Source: Euglena gracilis (Eukaryota). From it: DNA of 64,000 bases. Position numbers and translations under genes: made by a program. The DNA lies in NCBI GenBank assembly GCA_039621445.1, contig CP154954.1, forward strand, positions 34,891,703-34,955,702, in the 5' to 3' direction. This document shows, in pieces, positions 13,005 through 22,857 of the stretch. Positions within the stretch are counted from its first letter, which is position 1, and every line of letters starts with the position of its first letter. The notes under the pieces are model-generated. The model was not told where the DNA came from and ran no database searches. It was given only the letters and a program-made list of their open reading frames with translations.

Positions 13005-13605
13005 GGTCACGGATGAGCGCCTCTGGGATCCGATATTTCAGGTGCCGGGGCAGGTTTTGGTGTTTGCTGCCTAGCCAAATTTTGTGCCGTCCCTTCCGTC
13101 CCCCCTCAGGTACCGGGGTTTCCAGGTTGGAGCAGGTCCGGCCGTCACACACCCGTGGCTGGAGACCCAGTACATGGGGGCTGCCCCATATCCTGGTGGG
13201 CTTCTGGTAGCCCCAGTCTGCATACTGGCAGTAATCCACGTCCACGTGTGGGATCCCTTCCATGTACCTGCGGGTCCGCAGGTACCCGTACCGGGGGTTT
13301 TCCAGCCACCACCGCTGTGGGCAGAGGTACCTGATGATGGCCAGGGCCCGCCGCACCAGCCGATCAGCCAATTTTAAATCTCGTTCCCTGGTGGTCAGCG
13401 CCAGGCTGAATTCGGTGCAGGGGACCCCGCACACCACCACCTCAAAATCCCCAGGCTGGAACTGTTTTTTAAAATTCCATTTCAGCACGTCAACACAAAT
13501 GTCTGGCCGCCACCTGGGGTCCACGTCCACCGATGTGACCTGGTAACCCAGGCTGCGGTAGACGTCCCCTACTGAACCTATCCCGCAGAACAGGTCCAGC
13601 ATCCG
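13005..13605 (-). CDS. C5-cytosine DNA methyltransferase domain within the retrotransposon polyprotein
   Basis: Motif I MLDLFCGIGS, motif II VDVD, motif IV GVPCTEFS (PC at 13417-13422), motif VI WLENP (13294-13302), YCQY..YQKPTRIW and a motif X-like YRIPEAL. The frame is open and continuous with the protease. Confidence 0.9.
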
Positions 13606-13769
13606 CCTGGGCTGGTCCGCTCTCCCCACCTGCCCCAGGTGTGCCGGCTTGACCTCCCCTGTGCCCCACCCGGTCCCTGGGGGTGGCCCTGAAAAATTTG
13701 TCCCGAACCTGGTTTTTTTCTCCCTCCCCCTTCGTGTCACCTCCTCCAGCGTGCACCGGTCTGGGTGCC

Positions 13770-14145
13770 CACACAGCAAAAAGGCAGTGATGGGCCACTT
13801 GGTCCCCCGGCACAACTCCTCCCCTCTGCCGAAAAATCGTGTTCCCTGAGGGAACGTGACTTGGCGCACTGCCAAGCCCCTGGCCTCCTGTACCAACGCC
13901 GCCCCGGCCACCTGGGGATAACCAAGATGGCGTGGGCCTGATCCCTCCTGATTTTTTCGAGAACTTCCTGTAATTTTTTATAAGGTGGGTTGATCCACAA
14001 AACCTCCCTGCCCCAGTCCTGTTTGAAGGCATCTTCCCCTTCCCCACTCCCTGGCCCCCACCAGCGGACAAACCTGCGGTTTTCTTTGGCAGAAAAGGCG
14101 TCGACCTCCGGCTGGACCCCCTCCCGGACGTGGTAGTCCTGGGAG
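13770..14145 (-). pseudogene. Dam-like amino-methyltransferase domain (N6-adenine type, similar to the DIRS1/phage MT domain)
   Basis: DY..PEVDAFSAKENRRF..W..DAFKQDW..LWINPPY (NPPY at 13980-13991)..LEKIRRD..ILVIPRWP..W. One frameshift near 13890. Confidence 0.85.
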
Positions 14146-14882
14146 ATCCACCGGGAGGGCGACCTCCCAAACCCTGAGGAACGGGCTGGGAGTGGTGCTG
14201 GGGCTGGCTGTGGTGTGGGGGCTGAGGTGGAAGGTGCGGCCCTGACGCACCTCACCTGGCTAATCGAAAAACCTGAATCCCTTTCCGTGCTGGGGGCGGT
14301 TTCATCCGTGCCTTTGCTGGTTTAGGGAACGTTGATGACCTCCCTCGCTGCCTCCCTGATTGATGCCTGTGAGAGCGTTTTGTCTTTTTCTTTTTCATTT
14401 TTTTGTTTTATGTTTTTCTCCTCCCTTCCTGGTGTCGTGATCTGCGGTAGACCGGGTGTGTTGGAACCCGAAGACCCCTGGGCGGCCTGCCCGCGGAGGG
14501 CCAGCCGCCTTGTGTCCCTTCCCCTTTTGTCCCGAATCTGAACTCCGACCCGAGCCCCCCCCTGGCCTGCCCTCACTGGTGAAAAGCGCAGACCAGGGGT
14601 TTGCAGAGTCGAATGAGAGGGCCTGATGGCCCCCCCACCCCCTTTTTGTGTCTCAGTCAGGGGGGGCTGGGGGGACCGTGCAGGTCCAGGTCCGGATCTG
14701 CCTTTGGACCTTCCCTTGACCAAAACCCAACCCTCTGTGTGAACCCTTTCCTTACCCCCCTTCCGAGGGCCGTGCTGGGGGTACCCTGGGCCCCCGTCCC
14801 CTCCCTTCTGGACCCCGCTTTTTCAGGCACTCCTCCGCCGTGGGGGTGTGGACGCCTCCTTCCCCTTTCCCTTTCTCCACCA

Positions 14883-14978
14883 GCAATATCGTGCCAGATG
14901 TCCCGTTTTCCCACACTCATAACATTTTTTTCCAGGGCATTCCCGAGACCAGTGATCTGTGGCCCCGCACTGGCCGCA
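14883..14978 (-). pseudogene. Two CCHC zinc knuckles of Gag
   Basis: CGQCGATDHWSREC and CYECGKTGHLARYC. Confidence 0.92.
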
Positions 14979-15386
14979 AGGCTGGTCCACCGAGGGGCCA
15001 CTCCGGGGGCTCATCGGGGGGGTTTGTTCCCTGTTGGTGGCAGGGTGAGGGGTTGGGGACCTGGCTGGGCGAGACTCTGGGGCGCCCTTGCCAGCTCCCT
15101 TGCCGAACCCCTTCCCCTTTGGCCCCGGGCTACATGACCTGCGTCCATCCCGTCCCTTTCCAGGTGACCTGCCCCGGTGCTGTGATTGCCTGTCCTGTGG
15201 CCCCTCGGGGCCTTGGGGGGTCCTGCCTTTGCTCCTCCCTCAGCCTCAACAATTTTTCAGTCTCTGAGGTAAAATCCCAGGAAGCCAGGCCAGCCCAGCC
15301 CCAGAAAACGGTTTCAAAGCCAGCTCCCCCTTCCACCCCAAGAAAGGCCATAGCTGTCAGACCGTTCCCGGCACCGCAGCTCATTT

Positions 15387-16100
15387 TCAGCGTGTCGAAA
15401 AACGTCTTCCAATCCCAGCTTTGTATTGCCCCCCTGCAGCGTGGCCCCGTTCCTCATCATCAGCCTCTCCAGCGCCCGCTGGCTGTAGAGCTTGATGAGA
15501 AAGGAGTCCCGGTGTGCCCTGACTGTCACCGCTCCCCTCACCCACAGCCTCCTGGGCGAATTGTGTTGCCTTTTCCGCCGTCAACCCAGGGATGTGCAAC
15601 AGCCGCACTGTGGGTGCATCCTGATTTTTTCGGGTCTGCTCCATGATTATTGCCCTACGCATGGAATCTGGGAGCTGCTGCAGAACCAGAGCCTGTGCTT
15701 CCTCCTCAGAGGGGTTTTCCATCCGGCAGAAAATGATTTAAACTGGCTTTCACATTCACGCCACGCTGGGAGGGTTAACTTGCCCGTGTTTGCCGGCCTG
15801 AGGGCCCTGAGCTGCTCATGCAGCGAGGCCTGGATGTCACAGCCGTATTTCTGGGCCAGCCAGTTCCAGAAATCCTGCAACATGACTCGTTCCCCAATCT
15901 CCTGTCGCCGCTGGAGTTCCAGCCGGCTGCTGTGGTCCAGGCAGCCGGTCAGAACTAGCATTTTAAATTCCTCCCCCACTGGCTGTCCCATGGAAACCTG
16001 CTGCATGTAAAGCTTAAATTTTACTGAAAAATCATGAAAATCCCCTTTCAGCTCTGGTTTTACAAGGTCTTTGATGAGGAGTGTTGCCAGCGGCCCCAAA
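15387..16100 (-). pseudogene. Gag capsid-like core of family B (frameshifted)
   Basis: KPELKGDFHDFSVKFKLY..LTGCLD..FWNWLAQKYG..QALVLQQLPDSMRRAI, positioned upstream of the zinc knuckles. Confidence 0.7.
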
Positions 16101-17039
16101 AACATGCTGGCTGCTGGGCTGGGGGCTGCTGGCGCCACGTGGACCGGAGCTGCCTGGACCCCCCGGACCCAGGCTCCCGTGTCCTGGGACCCGAAGGCCA
16201 GAGGGGCAGCGCTGCACGATGCTGCCCCAGCCTCAGGGGCCCAGGCGAAAGGGTCCATTGCCCACGTGAACTCCCGTCCTGCGGGGAACCCACGGGGCTG
16301 GGGGGGCCACTGGTGCTCGGCTGATTTCACCTCAGGTTGATCCCTGCCCTGGCCCTGTAGATCTGCTGTGCCTGCTGCCTGTGGTTTCGCTGTGCCGGAC
16401 TGTCCCGTTGTTCGTGAATTTTACTGAGACTGTTGCTGCTGCTCCTGGGCTCCCAACCTGGCCAAAAACTTAAAAAATCCGTGAGCCTTAATCTGGTGTT
16501 CCGCTTCCTCCCAATCCACCCCCTGGAACCTGAACGTGCCAGGTGTCTGGGCAGCTGGGGTCCCTCCAGCAGCGGGGACCCGGACCGGACTGCCCCTCAC
16601 AGTCCTGGGACCCTGGGGCTGGCTGCCCCCCGCAGCCGTGGGGCCCTGGGGCAGGCTGCCCCCCGCAGCCATGGGACCCGGGGGCTGGCTGCCCCTTGGT
16701 TTCTGGGGGCCAGAACCTGAAAACGCATTGGGGAAAACTGCAGTCATAGAATCTGGGCCCGGGGATACCACTTCCCCGGGAATTTGGGTCACTGTCTCCG
16801 CTGCCCCGCTGCTGGGGCCCCTGGAGGGCCACGGGCCCCTTGCCTCCCAACACGCTGGGATGGACTGGGAGCTGGTGCTGGGGGCCAGGAGGCATATTGC
16901 CCCCCGCGGCACCCGAGCCATTGGTACTCTGGGCCCCCGGCGTGTACTGGGTCTGGGGGTCTGTGGTTGCCGGGGGCACTCTGGCTTCGGGGCCTCGGGG
17001 GTCCTCGCTCTCCGGCCCCACTCCTCTTGGTGGCTGCGG

Positions 17040-17452
17040 TAAACCCCCCCCAAATAATACCCCCCCCCAAATAATACACCCCCCCCAAATAATCCCCCTC
17101 CCTTGGGGTCCGACTTCGGCCGCCGAAATAATATACCCCCCGGTTTCGGGCCGAAGGCCCGGATTTTTGACCTGAAAATGTAGGTAAAAATCACAATTTC
17201 TGTCAACAAATTATGAAGAAAATGGATTTTTCTGGCTCATCTGGCCTCCAAAAATGGTAAATTTCACAAGAAAGTGCAAAAAATGACCCCAAAGGGCGGT
17301 TTTGGGTGCTATTTTGGGTTTTACGGGACTTCGAAAAATTTCGAAAATTTTGGAAAAATAATACCTCCCCCAAATAATACCCCCCCCCTCGGGCCGGGAC
17401 TTCGGGCGAAAAAATAATACCCCTGGGGGGCATTATTTGGGGGGGTGGTTTA
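17040..17452. mobile_element. MITE nested in family B gag
   Basis: Imperfect TIRs TAAACC(A)CCCCCCCAAATAAT / ATTATTTGGGGGGGTGGTTTA with an AT-rich core. Possibly a TA TSD. Confidence 0.65.
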
Positions 17453-18295
17453 GCTCCTGGATGGGGGCAACAAAATTCAAAATTTTCGATTTTCTTTTCC
17501 AAAACGAAAAGCCGATTTTTTATTTCGGCATTTTCTTTTGGTGCCCCCTTTTTTGTTGAGTCCACCTCCAGGAGCAGGGCGTTGTGGGCCTGGATCACCT
17601 TCGTGGGTAGTGATCTCGGCCCACAGCTCCTGCAGGCTGTGGCCCTGCCCCTCAGACCCTGGTCCTCAGCTCTCTTATCTCCTCCTTTATGGCCCCTTGT
17701 TGTTCGGCGATAATTGAGGCCTGGCTGTCCAGTTCGGCCCGAAAATTTTGCAGGGCATGTGCACTCCCTGCTTTTCTTTCTCGCAGCCACCCGAGTTCAC
17801 CCGTCAGCTGGTTTAATTTTTGGTCCAAGGCCTCGGCGTGAGCCTGCTGCAGAACTGCTGCAGAACAGCTGGGAACGAGGGGGATGATGAGGCAATGAGG
17901 GCCGTGATCGAAGAAGAACGGAGGGAAGAGCGAGAATGCGGCACACCGCACGGGGGGGGGAGGAACTCCACGTGGCGGTAACAACACGCAGTGGGAGAGA
18001 CACAGCAGCACAGCACAGACCTGGCCCCAGCCCCACAGAGGGGGAGGGGGCTGAGGATTCAGTGCCAGGGGGCCCTGGCCCTGACCCCACAGGGGGGGGG
18101 AGGGGCTTGTGGACGCCCCCTCGGGAGGTTCGGGTCCTATCCTCAAAGGAGGGGAGGGACCTGGGGTACCTAAGTTGGACACGATGGAGACAAGGGGTTC
18201 CACACGTGCCCATCAGTTTGTGGATGAATTCGGGAATGAACAACCGGCAGGAGGGGGGGGACCTGAGGAACACTAACCGGGGCGAAGAGTTCTGA

Positions 18296-19704
18296 GTGAG
18301 GACCTGCAGTCGACACCCCCATCAACGATCCCCACGGGGGGATCTGGGGGAATTTGAGGGGGAACCAATTTCACTTTCTCCAGACACGGGGGTGCACACC
18401 CAGGAGGAGGTGGAGGAGGATCCCTCCATCCTAGTGATGGACAGGGATTGGTCTCGGGCACACGGGATGTGCCCGGTGTGGGGGCCTGTTTATGCAAGTG
18501 TACAGGCCCCTGCGGGAGATTGGCCCGAAGGAGTCCGTTTGTACGGGGACAAAATGTACACGGACGGGCTCCTCTGTGTGCCCACCAGCCTGATGGGGCT
18601 GGTTGTGCGGGCCCACCATGGGGACGCGGGCCACCCAGGTGCCTCAAGGCTATGGCACCAGATGGGGCGGTGGTATAGGTTTGCAGATCCAAGGGGGGCA
18701 GAGAAAATCACCCAAGGCATCCAGCGGCAATGTGAAATCTGCCAAGCAGGTGAACCCTCTCGAGCACCTTTCAAGTGTGCTCTCGAAGCCACCCCTGTGC
18801 CGCCGTTCCTCATGGACAGTGTGTCAGTGGACCTGTTCGCCATGCCTGAGGTGACCCACGAGGGCCAGGTGTATGATTACCTGGCCCTGTGCGTGGACCG
18901 TGAGAGTGGGTGGACAGTGGCCACCACCCACAAGTACAAGGGCCTGACAGGTGAGGTGGTGGCCAAGGCCATGTTCCGCCACTGGGACATGTTCGGGTTG
19001 CCCTCTGTGGTGATCTCGGACCGTGGCCCCCACTTCGCTTCGGCTTGGTGCAAACAATGTGCGCCGCCATGGGGGTGAGGCGTGCCTATGGGCAGGCCTA
19101 CCACCACCAGGCCAACGGTCGGGCAGAGGTGGCAGGCCAACGGGTGATGAACACCCTGTCCAAGCTCATCGCTGACCTGTCGGAGAAGGAGGACTCATGG
19201 GTGGTGCTGTTACCCAAGGCCCTCCGGCACCTGCACGATGTGCCAGGGGAGTCCGGCCTGTCGCCCTACGAGGTGGTCTTCGGGCGGCACCGGCCACTCC
19301 AAGGCCTGCCCCACCAGCCCCCACGAGAGGCCGAGGGGGCAGCCGACTTCATGGCACGGATGCGGGCTATGGACGAGAAGGTGGCCTCAACCTTGAATGC
19401 CTTGCACGCCAAACGGTGGGCTTCCATAAACGCCAAGAGAAGGGACCAACCTCCCATGGAGGTCGGTGCCAAGGTGTGGTACCGTCCCGAGACACAGCCG
19501 GGCACGGACAAGTTGGCCACCAAGTAGAAGAGGGGGACTGTGGTGGCCCGCCGGGGTCGCCACTCATATGTGGTGGAGCTGGCCCCGGGGGCCCGCCAAG
19601 AGACACACCGGAGCCAACTCAAGCTCCAAGCGGAAGACGAGTTCTCCACCGACCACCTCCCACTGTTCTATTTCAATGACAAGGCGGCCCCCCTAGAGGT
19701 GTGA
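18296..19704 (+). pseudogene. Integrase of family B
   Basis: HHCC zinc domain (AHHGDAGHPG..CEIC), DDE core (SVDLF, VISDRG, QANGRAE) and SPYEVVFG. Frameshift near 19050 and stops at 19525 and 19702. Confidence 0.93.
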
Positions 19705-19890
19705 CCGGATGAGTGGGTCGTGGAGGAGATTGTGGACAGCCGGAACCACCCGGAAACGGGGGTCCCGGAATTTCAGGTGAGGTGGAAAAATTGGGATCCG
19801 ACGGATCTCCAATGGCTGCCTTGGTCGGATTTCTTCCCCTCCTACAACGAGGATGTGGTGGATTATTGTGCAGCCAAGGGGATTCCGTTG
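19705..19890 (+). pseudogene. Chromodomain at the integrase C-terminus
   Basis: EWVVEEIVDSR..EFQVRWKNWDPTDLQWLP, in frame with the integrase. Confidence 0.88.
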
Positions 19891-20045
19891 GAGGTGGTGG
19901 GACTTCTTCGCCCCGGGAAGAGGGGGGGGGGCGGGGACGGGGTCAATAAGGAGGGAGAGGGGAGGAGGTGGAGGCGAGGGGACGGCGGGTGCGGGGATTG
20001 TGGTGGTGGCGGAACACACACACATCCTTCGCTCTTGTGCGTAGG

Positions 20046-20570
20046 ATGCAGCGCTACGTGCCCCGTCGCCCCTACGTCCCTGGACCTCTCCCCGTCGTCC
20101 CCCCGCCCCCATCGGCCGCCGAGGCGGAGGCCGCCCTCCTCACCCTCTTGCCCGCCCCCAAGCGCCCCCGCCTGGACACCCCCGCGGAACCTACCCAGCC
20201 GGCCGACTCCCCCCGACCACCGTCCCCCACACGCCCGCAGGACATCCGCTCCGTGCTGGCCTACCTCCAGGGGCTGGTGGCGGAGGTGGTGCACCTCAGG
20301 AGCGTGGTGGGGCGGTTGGTGGGCGAGGGAGCGCCGCAGCGGGTGGATGCGGAGGTGCAGGCGGAGGCGCCTGGCGAAGGGTACGACCAGGTGAGCGAGG
20401 AGGAGGCAAGCGAGTCGGGGTCGTTGGACCTCCTCGCCGCGGCTGCCACGGCCGGGGACCCCGAGGCCGAGGACGCCGCAGGGGACCAGGTCGGGGAGCC
20501 CGGCGGGGTGCTCAAACTGCTCCTCGCGGAGTTCGAGCCCTTGTGGCCCGGCTCCGATGAGGACCCCTAA
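20046..20570 (+). CDS. Possible 174-aa accessory ORF in the 3' region of family B
   Basis: ATG-to-TAA uninterrupted. Pro-rich with a PAPKRPRL NLS-like motif, an amphipathic helix and an acidic tail. No recognisable domain, and the DNA is GC-rich so a chance ORF is possible. Confidence 0.4.
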   Translation: MQRYVPRRPYVPGPLPVVPPPPSAAEAEAALLTLLPAPKRPRLDTPAEPTQPADSPRPPSPTRPQDIRSVLAYLQGLVAEVVHLRSVVGRLVGEGAPQRVDAEVQAEAPGEGYDQVSEEEASESGSLDLLAAAATAGDPEAEDAAGDQVGEPGGVLKLLLAEFEPLWPGSDEDP

Positions 20571-22167
20571 GCCTCCCCCCCCCCCCGCCGACCCAGACGT
20601 AGCCCGGGCCGGCTTACCTGTGGAGGCTAGCCCACCGGGTGGGGGGGAGAAGAAAATGGGGTTGGTGCGGGAAAACTAGGAGGGACCGAGCTGATTTCCT
20701 TTGTTTGTTGTTGTTGTTGTGTTTCGCAGGTTCAATCTCAATTTCAATTTCAGCGAAGTCAACCCCAGAGTGCCCCTTGGCTACGGGCGAGGGGGCCAGG
20801 AGGGGCGACGGGACGCCCGGGTGGGGCGAGGAGGCCACAGGAGCACACCGGGGGGGGGGTCCCAAGGGTTGAGGGGGCCCACAGCCCCCCGCAAGGCTGG
20901 CCTCGCCCACCACCCGCGGCACACATAGCGCCCCGAGGGGCAAGCTCCCCACGAGACGAGGCGCCCCACGCGCCGCACGTGGACCACACCGCACGGTGCG
21001 GCGCCCGAGGTGCCAACAGGGGGTCCACAGGCGCCTGCGGGCCCGAGAGCCCACAGGGCCAAGGAGGCCCAACGGGTGCCTCGAGCCCCCGGGGGTGCAT
21101 GTTTTTTGAGCCCTTCAAGTGTTCGGTCGATCTCCATTTCATTTTCGTGTTGTGTTGTCATTAGGCGGTGGAGGTGCCCCGTGGCCAAGTTGGCTCCGGG
21201 GGGGGGGCACCTGCTATTTTAACCAACTTTTGAAGGTTGGCCACACTCATCTTTGGCCCACCGTGCCGAGGTAGGGGGGGGCGCCTGCCAATTCTTCCCG
21301 ATTTTTGACGGTTGGCTGCCCCCTCATCAGCCAACCGTGCCGACAGAAAGGGGGGGGGGCGCCTGGGCGCCTGCCGTTTTTTTTTTGCGGTCGTCCACAC
21401 CCCTCCTCGGCCCACCATGTCGGGGGAGGGGGGGGGGAGGCGCCTGCCGATTTTCCATCTTTTTTAAAAAATACAACCCGTCGGCCATTTTTTGATGTTA
21501 AGCACGCCAAGGGGGGGGCAAGTGCCAACCCCCCTCCACACCGGAAGGAGCGGGGGGGGGCAGCCCCAAGCCCCCCCTCTCAAGAGGACGGGCCACGGCC
21601 AAGGCGGCCCAGCCCACAACGCGGGGGGGGGCAGCCCCGACCCCCTCCACGGGAGGGGGGGGGGCAGCCCCCTCCTCCAAGGAACGGGCCCCACCCAAGG
21701 CGCCTCCCCGGCGCCCCCTCCAGCACGCACCCCTGCCAAGCCCCCGGGGGCCTTTGGCCCCGGGAAACCGGGCAAGGCGTGGCGGCCCTGCTGGGTTTGT
21801 CAAATGTTTCCTTCCGAACATGCAGGAGCTTTCCATGCAGGGCCTGGGAGGGGAATCACAATTACATAGTGGTATCGAGTGTTTCGGGGGGGGGGCAGTC
21901 CGCCCCTACCCATGGGCCAGGAAGGCTCACGGGACCGGAGAGGGAGAGGAGGTTCCCCAAGCGGTGCCTCCCCGGGTCACGAGCCCGGAGGCGCCCGTCA
22001 CCCTTCTCGCCCCTCCCTTGTACCCCCTCCCCGACAGCATGCGCCGCGGCACGTGGCGCCACCGCTTGTGCGTTTCAACAAAAAAAGGCGGGAAAGCAAA
22101 AGGGAGGGGGGGGGCGGCACCTCGGACCGGCAAAGGAGTCCAATTTAAATTGCACGGCAGTTTTTTT

Positions 22168-22178
22168 GAGGAGGGGAG
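22168..22178 (+). other. Polypurine tract of family B
   Basis: GAGGAGGGGAG directly before the 3' LTR. Confidence 0.85.
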
Positions 22179-22857
22179 TGTGCGCGGTCCGAGGGTGCCC
22201 GCCCCAAGGAGGAGTCCCAAGGGGGCCCAAAGGGGCCACGAAGGACCGCGAGGGGGCTCCAAGGCCCCCAAGGGCCTTTTGAGGCTCCACTGGCCCCCAA
22301 GGGGGCCCCACAGCCCATTTTGAGCAATCCAAGGTAAAGGAGGGGGCAGTTCGAGGGGGCCAACAGGCAACCCCCAAGGGGATGCGCAAGCCCTGCAGGG
22401 CTTTGCGCAAGCATGCGCACCCCCTTGGTTGGCGCTTGGGATGGCGCAATTCATTAAGAATTGCGCAGAGTATACCAAGTAGCCCCCCCAGCTGCAGCCC
22501 CGTTCCAGTTGTACATTTTCTGTTCACAGGGCTCTGTTTACACTCTGTTCACATACTGTTCTTTGTTTGGCATTCAATCGGGTTTTTGCATTTCCCAATG
22601 AACAAACAATCAAACAAGTTCAAGCAAACAAGTCCAAGTCATTGACCAGATTATTCATTCACGTTCAATTGAGTGGACCCCAAAAGCATGTATTTTTCCA
22701 ATTCTGCAGCTTCACCTACATTAACACCAACCCCTACCCCACGTTTTCACCAAGGGGAAAACCCTGTGGGCCCGACGGGCTCAAACTTAAACGATCCTAC
22801 GCGGGTTGAGCCTCCAGAAGTCTCTTCGCAGGGACCTCAGGAGGGGCAACCCCTACC
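22179..22857 (+). mobile_element. 3' LTR, family B
   Basis: Direct repeat of 8722-9405. The terminal CA reads CC, and the satellite resumes at AACCGAATGGG. Confidence 0.9.

Larger units (their letters stand above)
8722..22857 (+). mobile_element. Full-length decayed Ty3/gypsy chromodomain LTR retrotransposon (family B, ~14.1 kb) with two DNA methyltransferase domains and an internal inversion at ~10680-17869
   Basis: Direct LTRs, PBS, PPT and gag/PR/RT/RH/INT/chromodomain motifs. Inserted in the satellite with an imperfect TSD (GACC/AACC). Confidence 0.93.

Noticed and set aside
13005-14145. Bacterial or phage restriction-modification contamination
   Set aside because: The MTases lie in frame with retroviral-type Gag and protease inside an LTR pair, with no nuclease gene or operon structure.
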